A stretch of 64,000 nucleotides of DNA from Oligoflexales bacterium (GTDB lineage: Bacteria > Bdellovibrionota_B > Oligoflexia > Oligoflexales > JAPPIL01). The notes beneath the pieces are model-generated. The model did no database searches. It was not told the origin of the DNA and saw only the letters and a list, made by a program, of their open reading frames with translations. Position numbers and translations under genes: made by a program. The number at the start of each line of letters is the position of its first letter. The stretch's first letter is position 1. Shown here piece after piece: positions 1-9,802 of this stretch. Where the stretch lies: assembly GCA_965215515.1 (NCBI GenBank), contig OZ244057.1:1120001-1184000 (forward strand), written 5' to 3'.

Positions 1-1
1 T

Positions 2-1516
2 AACCAGCTTATCTTTGAAAACCTCCTCAATGGCTATAACGGTAGCCTTAACGAAGTTTATCGCCACGTGCAGGTTGAGCGGTTTTATTTTTCTAAACAA
101 TATCGAGTAGGTATTGCAACTGTTGAACCGCAGATGTCTATCGATGCCCATGAAAAACAACTAACGATGGAACGTTATGTTGCAAGTCTACCGTCAGTGT
201 TACAAAATTTTCGTTTGCATGAATCGTTTGGTGAGCTTGTGGAAGCAAACAGAGGATTTTTAGAATTTTCTGACTTGCTGAAGCGTCCTCTAGAAACTTT
301 CAAGTACTTGTTATCGACCATTGAAAAATCTATCTTAAATCTACAAGCAAGCACTATCCCTCTTGACTTGGTTTTTTTTGCCACCAGCAACGAAAAACAT
401 CTCGATGCTTTCAAAACCAATCCTGATTTCAGTTCCTTTCGTGAACGTTTCAATCTTATCACTGTTCCCTATCTTTTAAGCCCCTCTCGTGAAAAACAAA
501 TTTACCAGCGTGATTTAGAAATGCTTAGTAATACATTTAAAATTGCCCCTCATGCCATTGAAATGTTGTGCCTATGGGGCGTGATGACAAGACTGAAACA
601 ACCTGACACAAAAAATTACGACAAACAACATCACGACTTGCTTGCACGTCTCGATCCCCGCAACAAAGTTAGATTGTATGAACAGGATAAGCTCGATGAA
701 AAATTTACCGCCACCGAAGCTGCTTCCTTACGAGGATTACGTAAAAAAATAAAAAATGAAACCCAAGGCTCAATTGTTTTTGAAGGCCGCTTCGGCATCT
801 CGCCACGAGAAATGAAATCCGTCATCTATCGCGCCGCACAGCATGCCCAACAGAAAATGCTGACCGCGGTGGAAATTTTTACTGAACTGGAACGTATGGT
901 CAAGGAGCGTAGTGTCTATGAGTTTTTACAGTTTGAGCCGCGTGAAAAATATCACGATGCCGAGTTTTTTCTTACTGTAGTTAAAGATGAGTTCTGCCAC
1001 ATCTTTTATCACCAACTGCTAGAAGCAATGACCCTGATCGATCATCAGGCCTACGCTAGGCTTATCGCCAGCTACGTTGAAAATGTTGCAGGCGACATCA
1101 AAAAAGAAAAAATTCTTGACCGCACGACAGGGGAAACAAACCCACCTTCGCAGCACATTATGAGTAATGTTGAAAAAATTATTGGCGTAAAAGATAATCA
1201 ACGCCGTCATCGCGAGTCAGTCTTGAATAGGCTGGCTGCTTTCAAGCTAGATCATCCTGATAAAAAGGTTAATCTACAAGAAATTTTTAGTGATTTTGTC
1301 GAAAAAATTCGCACTTACTACTTTAAGGAGAACGAAAAACAGGTTGAATCAAACTTCAAGGCAATGCTATCACTCCCCCCAGACAAACATAGCCTGACAA
1401 AGGAAGAAGCTGAACTAGCGGCAGCAACTTTTTCCAACCTCAAAGAGAAATATGGCTACTGCGAAGAGATGGTGCTCACACAGCTTAAGTTTTTAATTAA
1501 GCGTATGAAAAAATGA
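2..1516 (+). CDS. prkA: PrkA/YeaG-family AAA serine protein kinase, 5'-truncated by window edge
   Basis: Frame is open from base 2. Motifs ELVEANRGFLEFSDLLKRPLE, FATSNE, EGRFGISPRE are typical of the PrkA AAA and C-terminal domains. Confidence 0.8.
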   Translation, partial: NQLIFENLLNGYNGSLNEVYRHVQVERFYFSKQYRVGIATVEPQMSIDAHEKQLTMERYVASLPSVLQNFRLHESFGELVEANRGFLEFSDLLKRPLETFKYLLSTIEKSILNLQASTIPLDLVFFATSNEKHLDAFKTNPDFSSFRERFNLITVPYLLSPSREKQIYQRDLEMLSNTFKIAPHAIEMLCLWGVMTRLKQPDTKNYDKQHHDLLARLDPRNKVRLYEQDKLDEKFTATEAASLRGLRKKIKNETQGSIVFEGRFGISPREMKSVIYRAAQHAQQKMLTAVEIFTELERMVKERSVYEFLQFEPREKYHDAEFFLTVVKDEFCHIFYHQLLEAMTLIDHQAYARLIASYVENVAGDIKKEKILDRTTGETNPPSQHIMSNVEKIIGVKDNQRRHRESVLNRLAAFKLDHPDKKVNLQEIFSDFVEKIRTYYFKENEKQVESNFKAMLSLPPDKHSLTKEEAELAAATFSNLKEKYGYCEEMVLTQLKFLIKRMKK

Positions 1517-1585
1517 TTTTTTGTTAAGAAAGAGGACACGCTAATTTCAGCTTATAGAAAGGATTTGATAGAATAGAGATAGAGA

Positions 1586-2032
1586 TTGTCTGACGAGAGT
1601 ATGCCCGTGCCCGCACGAGCCGACATCGCTTTCGAATTGTTAGAACTATGCGAAGCTTTGTTAGTGAATATCGAGCAGCAGCTGCTCTATTATCGTGCCA
1701 GCGTTTACAAAGAAGAAACCGCCCGCAACGTCGAAGCTGGTGTTGTCAGGTTGCAAAATATCTTAGAAATGTTTAATGACAACACGTTACTTGAACCGCT
1801 GGCAGATTATCGTGCGCTGCAATTGCACGATCTTAAACTCACCCCTGGAGAATGTTCCTTCTCTCGCAAGGTATCGTTGCTAGTAGTTGCGGCCCGCGGG
1901 CAACTGCGCCTTTATCGTCGAGCCATGCCGCCTGACGTTGATCTACGTTCCCAAATCCAACATAAACGTCAACAGGTGCTGTCTCTCTGTCGGCAAGGCT
2001 CACGGCAATGGAGCTTTTTTCGCTCTCTATAG
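1586..2032 (+). CDS. hypothetical protein (148 aa)
   Basis: ORF directly downstream of and co-oriented with prkA; no recognisable motif. Confidence 0.6.
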   Translation: MSDESMPVPARADIAFELLELCEALLVNIEQQLLYYRASVYKEETARNVEAGVVRLQNILEMFNDNTLLEPLADYRALQLHDLKLTPGECSFSRKVSLLVVAARGQLRLYRRAMPPDVDLRSQIQHKRQQVLSLCRQGSRQWSFFRSL

Positions 2033-2061
2033 CGTGCAGCTTTTCCGCAAATTGCTGTTCT

Positions 2062-2101
2062 GAAAGCGATAGAGTGTCCGCTTTTTACGGGGGCATCTAC
2101 A
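2062..2101 (-). mobile_element. solo IS3-family left end (IRL) fragment
   Basis: Reverse complement TGTAGATGCCCCCGTAAAAAGCGGACAC matches the terminus of the full element at 46732. Confidence 0.85.
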
Positions 2102-2229
2102 GATGTGCGTAAGCGTGTGCTAATGCCCTCGCGATACACTTGCTCGATGGTGGCGCTAGTGCGCAATTCGGCCTTGTGGTCGATGATCTTGCCGCCGACC
2201 CGACGCGTGCCGTAAGCTAGCCTAGAGCC
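2102..2229 (-). pseudogene. serine recombinase-family fragment
   Basis: Translates as LAYGTRRVGGKIIDHKAELRTSATIEQVYREGIS, resembling the start of a Recombinase domain. HKAELR matches HEGELR at about 33545-33562. Confidence 0.55.
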
Positions 2230-2235
2230 GCGGTA

Positions 2236-2257
2236 TTCGAATCGCTCCGAGTATGCT
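2236..2257 (+). repeat. degenerate copy of tRNA-Arg 3' end (att-like)
   Basis: TTCGAATCGCTCCGAGTATGCT versus tRNA TTCGAATCGCTCCGGGTGCGCT at 41778-41799 (19/22 identical). Confidence 0.6.
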
Positions 2258-2350
2258 GCAGCGAGCTCGCCGCACTAGCAGGGTCTTGCGAAGATATTTA
2301 CCGTGCGGCGGAGAAAGAACCATCCACCGCACACCGACAAACGTCGAGAA

Positions 2351-2929
2351 TTAATGGGGGCGATGCACGAACACACGTTTGAAGTCTTCCATCCAAGTGA
2401 ACTTCAGCCCCTCGGCTTCAGTCCCCATCGATCCTGTGGAAGCAAGCCGAAAGTTGCCGTGCTCATCCGTATAACTGCGATAATGCTGCAAGCCATAATG
2501 CCCATTGCCCGCCTTGTAGTCTAAATACATAGAACTACCTACCGAATACCCCCAACCGCTTTTGTGATAGGCAGTAAGATCGACCACCTCATGCTCAGCA
2601 ACCGCACTCTCACGCTCCTCGTTCGGCACATAAATACTAAAGAAACCATTGTCCTCAACCTGTGCGACGAAATGCGGATGCCTCTCATACGTGTCAAACA
2701 TAACGCGATGCTGAAAGAGAATAGCATGATTGCCGAGATTGCGCATCGTCAGCGAAATAAGAAAAGAATCTTTTCTGCCCCTAGGAGCGGTGGCCATCGT
2801 ACCCTCGCCATGCCAATAAATAAAACCCTCAGGCTTGCCCGCGTTCTCCTCCGCAGCAAACTCAGTCAAAGAAAATGAAAAAACTGGCCAAGACCACAAC
2901 ATAATCAAAACAGTAGCTAAAAACTTCAT
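2351..2929 (-). CDS. hypothetical secreted protein
   Basis: Likely start MKFLATVLIMLWSWPVFS (signal peptide) within ORF 2351..3004. Confidence 0.65.
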   Translation of the reverse strand: MKFLATVLIMLWSWPVFSFSLTEFAAEENAGKPEGFIYWHGEGTMATAPRGRKDSFLISLTMRNLGNHAILFQHRVMFDTYERHPHFVAQVEDNGFFSIYVPNEERESAVAEHEVVDLTAYHKSGWGYSVGSSMYLDYKAGNGHYGLQHYRSYTDEHGNFRLASTGSMGTEAEGLKFTWMEDFKRVFVHRPH

Positions 2930-3035
2930 ACCAAAACCCTCCCAAAAAAGAAAATGACAACATAACGCAGTGTACAAGATAGCACCACATCTCGCAACGC
3001 ACAACCATGATTAAGCTAAAATTGTGCGCCGCCCC

Positions 3036-3389
3036 TCAGGGCATAGAGACGATAACAGAGCGCAGTCTTTCTTCGGCCGCGAGCCACTGCGCGGCACTGC
3101 GGGCATCGATGTGAAACTGGCTAAAAAGCTCACGCAACATCACCTGGCGGCGGTTGAAATGTGCATGACGGATAGGCAACGGTTGGTGCAGCTGAGCGAG
3201 CGTCCGCCCGCGGTAAGCCTGAGGACCACCGAGCATGCCGATAGAAAAAGCCAGCTGACCCGCAAGCAAGCGAGCATGGTCGTGTCGAAAGAAGAAATGA
3301 CCTATGATAGGATCGCACTCCGCACGCTGATAAAACTCGGTGATAACGGCGGTAATTTTCTCCGCGCCGAGCCTGTGATAAACGTTCAT
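3036..3389 (-). CDS. group 1 truncated (2/2) haemoglobin
   Basis: YHRLG, FYQR..DPIIGHFF, LGGPQAYRGR..AQLH..L.I...HF motifs; 117 aa. Confidence 0.85.
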   Translation of the reverse strand: MNVYHRLGAEKITAVITEFYQRAECDPIIGHFFFRHDHARLLAGQLAFSIGMLGGPQAYRGRTLAQLHQPLPIRHAHFNRRQVMLRELFSQFHIDARSAAQWLAAEERLRSVIVSMP

Positions 3390-3703
3390 GCGCCGTGCGG
3401 CAAAATATCGCCCAGCTTGCCGTCGCGATGCAGACGCATGACAATATCACACCCACCGATGAACTCCCCCTTGACGTAAAGCTGAGGCACCGTCGGCCAG
3501 TTAGTGAAAACCTTGATCCCCTCGCGCAGATCCTCGTCGGACAACACATCGACATCATGAAACACCACCCGATGCTCACGCAAAACCTGCACTACCTGCG
3601 CGGAAAATCCACACTGCGGCTCATCCTTCGTGCCCTTCATGAACAACACCGTGTCATGGCTGGCAATAGTATCCCGAATCTGCCGCTCGATATCCGTGTG
3701 CAT
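3386..3703 (-). CDS. grxD: monothiol glutaredoxin Grx4
   Basis: LFMKGT..PQCGFS, WPTVPQLYVKGEFIGGCDI. Confidence 0.95.
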   Translation of the reverse strand: MHTDIERQIRDTIASHDTVLFMKGTKDEPQCGFSAQVVQVLREHRVVFHDVDVLSDEDLREGIKVFTNWPTVPQLYVKGEFIGGCDIVMRLHRDGKLGDILPHGA

Positions 3704-3866
3704 ATCATCTCCCCTCACTTATCCACCGCCCGCGATGGTAGACGTACCGCGCAGAAATGGCAAGAAGATTGCAAAAGTTTTACCTCCGTGATAGCGTGAA
3801 GATGGCCGCGTTGTTCGTCAGCACCTGACAGGCGGCGTTTCACGACGACAGAGCAAGAGGTGAGCT

Positions 3867-4541
3867 GTGCCCCAGAGAACGACAGGGAGAAGAAGAGATA
3901 AAATAAATCACGTCGGTTACCTGTGTGAAGCACACGAGAAGATTCTGTTGGTAATCGACATCCTCCTCAGAGATAAACCAGACAGCAGTATCATCTTCTG
4001 CAACACAGGCGAGTGCGTCACCTTCGTGCGCAAGTACCTACAACGCTGCGGCTTCATCGTCCCCGCAGCACGCCCACAACGCAGCGTAGTCGTGGCCAGC
4101 GACGAGGCGGCGCGCGGCGTACAGCAACGCTACCACTGCGTCATCAATTTCGACATGCCCTTCGCCGTGCGCAACTACACCGCTCGCCTGGATCTGCTGG
4201 CACGCAACACAGGAGGACCTTGCATCAGCTTCCTGTGCGACCACTACAGCGACTTCGCCCCCCCCATAATCGCCCGCTACCGTCTGCAATGCAGCTGGCC
4301 CGCCGCCAACTTCAACAACTACCACCTCCCCGACCGCCAAGCGGTGAAGAATTGGTTGGCACTGAGCGACAACAGGAAACAAGCACATGACCAAGAACGA
4401 ACGCACCACAAAGGACGACAGGCTAGCAAATCGCCCCAACCTAGAGTAAGTTACGCGAGCAGAAAGGCTAACCAGATAGTCGCGGCGAAATCGCGGCGCA
4501 AATCAGTATGGGAAAGGATTCTTTCATTTTTGACAAAGTAG
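3867..4541 (+). CDS. degenerate stand-alone DEAD-box helicase C-terminal (RhlB-like) domain protein
   Basis: SIIFCNT (motif IV), VVASDEAARG (V), VINFDMP; motif VI eroded (YTARLDLLAR); no N-terminal ATPase domain. Confidence 0.65.
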   Translation: MPQRTTGRRRDKINHVGYLCEAHEKILLVIDILLRDKPDSSIIFCNTGECVTFVRKYLQRCGFIVPAARPQRSVVVASDEAARGVQQRYHCVINFDMPFAVRNYTARLDLLARNTGGPCISFLCDHYSDFAPPIIARYRLQCSWPAANFNNYHLPDRQAVKNWLALSDNRKQAHDQERTHHKGRQASKSPQPRVSYASRKANQIVAAKSRRKSVWERILSFLTK

Positions 4542-4547
4542 AAAAGG

Positions 4548-6008
4548 ATGCTTAACTACTTAGCAAAATTACGCCAACATCGCCAGCAGGCCGAGACTAT
4601 CGGTCTCTCGGATAAGGTGCTCAGGAAGTTTCTCGCTGTCGACAAACAGCTAGGACGGGCGATCGTGATGGCGTACGAAAACAGCCAGAGCGAGCTGTGG
4701 CAAGATTTTGTGCGGCATGCACCACCCTCGGAGGTGGAACAAGTGCGCTACGCCCAGGCACGGCTGTTTAACTTTTACGTAGACGAGACCGTCAACCCCT
4801 ATATCCCCCTCGGTGCCGCGGGGCCGTGGGTAGTAACTGCTTTCGGGGCGGTGTTGCACGATTCGGGGGGCTACGGCATGCTCGGTTTCGGGCATTGCGT
4901 TCCCACAACACAAAAAATTCTCGGCGCAAACCACATCATGGCTAACGTCATGACCGCCAGCCCCAGCCATCGTCGTATCTGTGCCGCACTCGACGCGGAA
5001 ATAGGACATACCCGCCCAACACAGACCCATATTTATGGACGTTACATGTTCCTCAACTCTGGCTCGGAAGCGGTCTCGTTGGCCGCCCGCATCGTCGACG
5101 TGAACACCAAGAACCGCATTACCGACCGCCACCGACAGGTGGCTTCGTTGAGTGTGGCACACAGTTTTCACGGTCGCACCGAACGTCCCGCCCGACTGTC
5201 GGACAGCAGCCGTCCTGCCTATCGCCAGCACCTGCACAGCTTCGCCGCCCTCGACGATGTTATTACGCTCCCGCATAACGATGGACAAGGTTTGCGACAA
5301 GCATTCGAGCAAGCCACACGCACCAAAACATTCATCGACGCAGTATACCTCGAGCCGATCAGCGGCGAAGGCGATACAGGTCGTGCCATGTCGCCAGAGT
5401 TTTACAGCCTAGCACGAGAACTGACGAGCACACACGGTGCACTGTTAGTTATCGACTCGGTGCAAGCAGGAATCCGTTGCCACGGGGTGTTGAGCGTGGT
5501 CGATTACCCTGGTTTTCAGGAACTGCCTCCGCCCGACATCGAAACCTTCTCCAAATCTATCCACATGGGGCACACACCCCTGTCGGTAATCGCCGTGTCG
5601 GCCAAGACCGCGGCTTTCCTCCCGCACGGCGTATACGGGAACAGCTTGGGTGCCAATCCTCGCGCTCTGGAAGTCGGCTGCCACACGCTAGCGCTGTTGA
5701 CCCCAGAACTGCGTCGTAACATCGTGGCGCGCGGCGCAGAATTTCTTCAGCAATTCGACAAGCTACGTAACGAATTCCCGCACCTCATCACACATGTGCA
5801 AGGCACAGGCTTGCTGCTCTGCCTCGGCATTAACCCTGCCCTCGCCGTTGTCGGTGCAGACGGTCTGGAGATGCGGCTGCGTAAACAAGGACTGGGAGTA
5901 ATTCATGCAGGCAGAAACCTGCTGCGCTTCTCACCCGTGTTCAACATTACTTCCGAAGAAATTTCCCTGATCGTCAGCGTGCTCAGGTCGGTGCTGCGTA
6001 AAATCTGA
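4548..6008 (+). CDS. class III PLP-dependent aminotransferase (ArgD/lysine 6-aminotransferase-like)
   Basis: NSGSEA, FHGRT, LEPISGEG, IDSVQAG, FSKS (PLP lysine). Confidence 0.9.
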   Translation: MLNYLAKLRQHRQQAETIGLSDKVLRKFLAVDKQLGRAIVMAYENSQSELWQDFVRHAPPSEVEQVRYAQARLFNFYVDETVNPYIPLGAAGPWVVTAFGAVLHDSGGYGMLGFGHCVPTTQKILGANHIMANVMTASPSHRRICAALDAEIGHTRPTQTHIYGRYMFLNSGSEAVSLAARIVDVNTKNRITDRHRQVASLSVAHSFHGRTERPARLSDSSRPAYRQHLHSFAALDDVITLPHNDGQGLRQAFEQATRTKTFIDAVYLEPISGEGDTGRAMSPEFYSLARELTSTHGALLVIDSVQAGIRCHGVLSVVDYPGFQELPPPDIETFSKSIHMGHTPLSVIAVSAKTAAFLPHGVYGNSLGANPRALEVGCHTLALLTPELRRNIVARGAEFLQQFDKLRNEFPHLITHVQGTGLLLCLGINPALAVVGADGLEMRLRKQGLGVIHAGRNLLRFSPVFNITSEEISLIVSVLRSVLRKI

Positions 6009-6040
6009 AACCACCCCAGCGCAATCCCGCCACACTTCCT

Positions 6041-7015
6041 CTAATTGAGATGACAGGCCGACAGATGTCCGTCACCCACGTCCTTGAGGCGTGGTTCGTG
6101 CTGGTAACACCTGTCGATCGCCTTAGGGCAGCGCGTGTTAAAACGACAACCACGCGGCGGCCGTGTCGGGTCGGGGAGGTCGTTACGCAACAAAATCCGC
6201 TGCCGCTGCCGTTCGTGTCGAGGGTCGGGATGAGGCACAGCACTGAGCAGTGCTTGCGTGTAAGGATGTTGTGGCTGGCGAAATAACTCATCGCACTCCG
6301 CCAACTCGACAATCTTACCGAGATACATCACCGCAATGTCATGCGAAATATGCTTCACCGCCGACAGATCGTGCGAGATAAACAAGTAAGAAAGGCTGAA
6401 CTCCTTCTTTAAATCGACGAGCAAATTTAAAATTTGCGACTGGATCGAAACATCTAACGCCGAAACAGGCTCATCGCAAATGATGAGCTGGGGTTTTAAG
6501 GCCAATGCCCTAGCAATAGCGATACGTTGGCGCTGCCCGCCAGAAAATTCGTGTGGATAACGACGAATAAATTTGCGCGCCAAAGACACACTATCCATCA
6601 ATTCCAACACATTGCGCGTGATGATACGGCGGTCTTTGCGTCCCCACGCGGTGTATAGTGGCTCGGCGATAATATCAAACACCGTCATCCGTGGGTTAAG
6701 CGAGGCATACGGGTCTTGGAAAATCATCTGAAAACCCGCACGCTTTTGTTTGAGCTCGTTAACCCCCATCGTCGCTATATCCTCGCCGTCGATGACGACC
6801 TGTCCGCTGACAGGATGATACAGACGGATGATGCCACGTCCCAAGGTCGATTTCCCGCACCCAGACTCGCCTACCAAACCGAGCGTCTTGCCCGCTTGTA
6901 GCTCGAACGACACGCCATCGACCGCCTTCAACACCGCTACACAGCGCGGTAAGATAACACCCCGATAGATAGGGAAATGCACCCGCAAGTCTTTAACCTG
7001 TAACAACACGCTCAC
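6041..7015 (-). CDS. oppF: oligopeptide ABC transporter ATP-binding subunit
   Basis: GESGCGKST, YPHEFSGGQRQR, CDEPVSALD, C-terminal GCRFNTRC; GTG start at 7015. Confidence 0.93.
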   Translation of the reverse strand: MSVLLQVKDLRVHFPIYRGVILPRCVAVLKAVDGVSFELQAGKTLGLVGESGCGKSTLGRGIIRLYHPVSGQVVIDGEDIATMGVNELKQKRAGFQMIFQDPYASLNPRMTVFDIIAEPLYTAWGRKDRRIITRNVLELMDSVSLARKFIRRYPHEFSGGQRQRIAIARALALKPQLIICDEPVSALDVSIQSQILNLLVDLKKEFSLSYLFISHDLSAVKHISHDIAVMYLGKIVELAECDELFRQPQHPYTQALLSAVPHPDPRHERQRQRILLRNDLPDPTRPPRGCRFNTRCPKAIDRCYQHEPRLKDVGDGHLSACHLN

Positions 7016-7985
7016 GCTGCACACTCCAGTAACATTTAGCCGTATGCCGTGCCGCAGCACGCTTGACCACAGGCAACGGACGGTCTTCGCCACATACAGG
7101 CTGACGATGTGGGCAGCGCGGCGCAAACACACAACCCTGGTGCAGCTTTACCAAATCAGGCGGCGAACCCGTGATCGAAGGCAACTCCTCATGCTCGACA
7201 TCCAGCCGCGGGAGCGATGCCAACAAACCGATCGTATAAGGATGCAAAGGGCGATAGAAAATATCGTCGGCATCACCCTCCTCGACTTTATTGCCCGCAT
7301 ACATGATCAACACCCGATCGCTCAGACGTGCGATGACACCGAGATCGTGGGTAATGATAATGACCGACATCTTTATCTCACGCTGTAACTTGACCAACAG
7401 ATCGAGGATCTGCGCCTGAATAGTCACGTCGAGCGCGGTGGTCGGCTCGTCGGCGATCAACACATCAGGGTCGGTGATCAAAGCCATCGCAATCATTACC
7501 CGCTGCCGCATACCACCTGAAAACTGATGCGGGTAATCATGAATGCGTTTTTCCGCGTGAGGGATACCGACCAGGTTCATACACTCGAGCGCACGTGCTA
7601 GCCGTTGAGAAAGACTCAGATCGGTATGGGTCGCCAACACCTCCGTGAGTTGAGTGGAGATGCGTAGGTAAGGGTTGAGCGAAGTCATCGGATCTTGAAA
7701 AATCATGGCGATCTTTTTACCTCGCACACGGCGCAACTGCGCTTCACTCATCTGGAGCAAGTCGTCGCCGCGATACAGTGCCCGCCCCGCCACGATACGA
7801 CCTGGCGGTTGAGGAATCAAGCCGAGCAGCGAACAGACCGCGACCGATTTGCCCGAGCCCGATTCTCCCACGATACCCAGCGTCATGCCCATCTCCAGTG
7901 CAAAACTGAGATCATCGACTGCCTTCACCACGCCTTCACGCGTATAAAAGTAGGTCTTTAAGTTTTTGACCTCCAGTACCGCCAT
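6993..7985 (-). CDS. oppD: oligopeptide ABC transporter ATP-binding subunit
   Basis: GESGSGKS, YPHQFSGGMRQR, ADEPTTALD. Confidence 0.93.
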   Translation of the reverse strand: MAVLEVKNLKTYFYTREGVVKAVDDLSFALEMGMTLGIVGESGSGKSVAVCSLLGLIPQPPGRIVAGRALYRGDDLLQMSEAQLRRVRGKKIAMIFQDPMTSLNPYLRISTQLTEVLATHTDLSLSQRLARALECMNLVGIPHAEKRIHDYPHQFSGGMRQRVMIAMALITDPDVLIADEPTTALDVTIQAQILDLLVKLQREIKMSVIIITHDLGVIARLSDRVLIMYAGNKVEEGDADDIFYRPLHPYTIGLLASLPRLDVEHEELPSITGSPPDLVKLHQGCVFAPRCPHRQPVCGEDRPLPVVKRAAARHTAKCYWSVQRERVVTG

Positions 7986-8872
7986 CAGTGTTTACTCACC
8001 TTGGGGTCGAGAGCATCACGTAACCCATCACCGATGAAATTTAACGCCAGCAAAGTTAACACCAACGTCGAGCAAGGAAAAATCAACATCCAGGGGTAGA
8101 CTTCCATCGCGGCAACCCCATCGTTGATCAATGTGCCCCAACTCGACATCGGTTCTTGTACTCCAAGACCGAGAAAACTTAAGAACGCTTCTTCGAGGAT
8201 TACCGCGGGAATTGTCAAGGTCGTGTAGATAATCACGGGACCCATCACATTCGGCACTAGATGGCGAAAGATAATGGCCAGATTACCCACCCCGATAGCG
8301 CGGGCAGCATCGACATACTCCATGCGTTTCAAGGAAATCACCTGCCCTCGCACGATCCGTGCCATCGATAACCACTGGATAGCCCCGAGCGCAATAAACA
8401 TCACATAGATATTGCGCCCTGCCATGACCATCAAAATAATCACAAACAACATGAAGGGCATCGCGTACAGAATTTCCAGCAGACGCTGCATAACATAATC
8501 AGTACGCCCCCCACTAAAACCAGAGACTGCTCCGTAGGCAATGCCGATCACGACGCTGACGAAAGCGGCCAACACACCGATCGCTAACGATACCCGCGCC
8601 CCGTAAAGCGTGCGGGTGAATAAATCACGGCCGAGATCATCCGTGCCAAACCAATGGACGGTATCGGGAGGAACTGCACCGAGAATAAGGTCGGTCTCTT
8701 CGTAAGAAAACTGCGCCAGCAGCGGGGCAAAGAGCGCAGCCGCCGCTTGCAGGAGCAAATAGAAAAACGACACCACCGCCACTTTGTTTTTTTTTAGGCG
8801 ATAGTAGCTGTCCATCCATAGGCTGATGCCTTTTTCTTCTTTTGACCTACCTGAGCAGGTGGTGTCAGTCAT
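7985..8872 (-). CDS. oppC: oligopeptide ABC transporter permease
   Basis: HWFGTDDLGRDLF, EAA loop YVDAARAIG, GDGLRDALDPK. Confidence 0.93.
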   Translation of the reverse strand: MTDTTCSGRSKEEKGISLWMDSYYRLKKNKVAVVSFFYLLLQAAAALFAPLLAQFSYEETDLILGAVPPDTVHWFGTDDLGRDLFTRTLYGARVSLAIGVLAAFVSVVIGIAYGAVSGFSGGRTDYVMQRLLEILYAMPFMLFVIILMVMAGRNIYVMFIALGAIQWLSMARIVRGQVISLKRMEYVDAARAIGVGNLAIIFRHLVPNVMGPVIIYTTLTIPAVILEEAFLSFLGLGVQEPMSSWGTLINDGVAAMEVYPWMLIFPCSTLVLTLLALNFIGDGLRDALDPKVSKH

Positions 8873-9782
8873 GCCGCACCCGTGGGTCGAGATAGACATA
8901 AGCGATATCGACCAGCAGGTTCATAATCAGCAACATCGTCGCGTACAGGAGCGCAGTGCCGATAACTAGAGTATAATCACGGTTCAAGGCTGATTGCACG
9001 AAAAACCGCCCCAAACCAGGGATGTTGAAGATCGTCTCCACTACCAGTGAGCCGCACACGATACCACTCATCGCTAACCCCCCGAAAGTAGTGGCAGGCA
9101 ACACACCCCCCTTAAACGAATGGCGAAAAAAAATCTTAGCCGCGGACAAACCTTTGGCTTTCGCGGTCTTGATAAAGTCTTGGTGCAAAATATCGAGAAA
9201 GCCGACCCGCACCAGCCGCGAAAAATAGGCCGCATACATGATCCCGAGCGTTAACGCAGGCAATACCCTGTCCTTCGCCTCTTCCCAGCCAGAGGTGTTG
9301 AACCAACCCAGCCACAGGGAGAACACCAGTACCAGCAACGGCCCGATAACGAACGAAGGCATGCAGACACCGAACAACGACATCCCCATAGGCACATAAT
9401 CGCGGAGCGAATTGGGTTTACTCGCGGCTAACATACCCGAGGTCAAACCGATCAACAGGGCGAACACGAAGCCCAGTAAACCGAGTTGTGCCGAGACAGG
9501 CAAGGTTTCGATGATAATTTCATTGACCGAGCGGTTAGCGTAACGAAAGGAAGGGCCGAGATCGCCACGCACCAGACCCGCGAGGTAGTAGCCGTACTGC
9601 ACCAGCAAGGGTTTATCGAGATGGTACTTGGCTTGAATGTTTTTGAGAATATCGGGAGAGATCGCCTTATCCGTATCGAACGGCCCGCCTGGAGCACACC
9701 TGACCATGAAGAAGGTGATGGTTGCCAGTATCCACAATACGGGCAACATCCCCACTACTCTTCTGAAGGCATACTTCAGCAA
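8865..9782 (-). CDS. oppB: oligopeptide ABC transporter permease
   Basis: APGGPF, GDLGPSF, TAKAKGLS, VETIFNIPGLG, YLDPR. Confidence 0.93.
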   Translation of the reverse strand: MLKYAFRRVVGMLPVLWILATITFFMVRCAPGGPFDTDKAISPDILKNIQAKYHLDKPLLVQYGYYLAGLVRGDLGPSFRYANRSVNEIIIETLPVSAQLGLLGFVFALLIGLTSGMLAASKPNSLRDYVPMGMSLFGVCMPSFVIGPLLVLVFSLWLGWFNTSGWEEAKDRVLPALTLGIMYAAYFSRLVRVGFLDILHQDFIKTAKAKGLSAAKIFFRHSFKGGVLPATTFGGLAMSGIVCGSLVVETIFNIPGLGRFFVQSALNRDYTLVIGTALLYATMLLIMNLLVDIAYVYLDPRVRHD

Positions 9783-9802
9783 TGATCAACCCGAAGTAAG
9801 GG

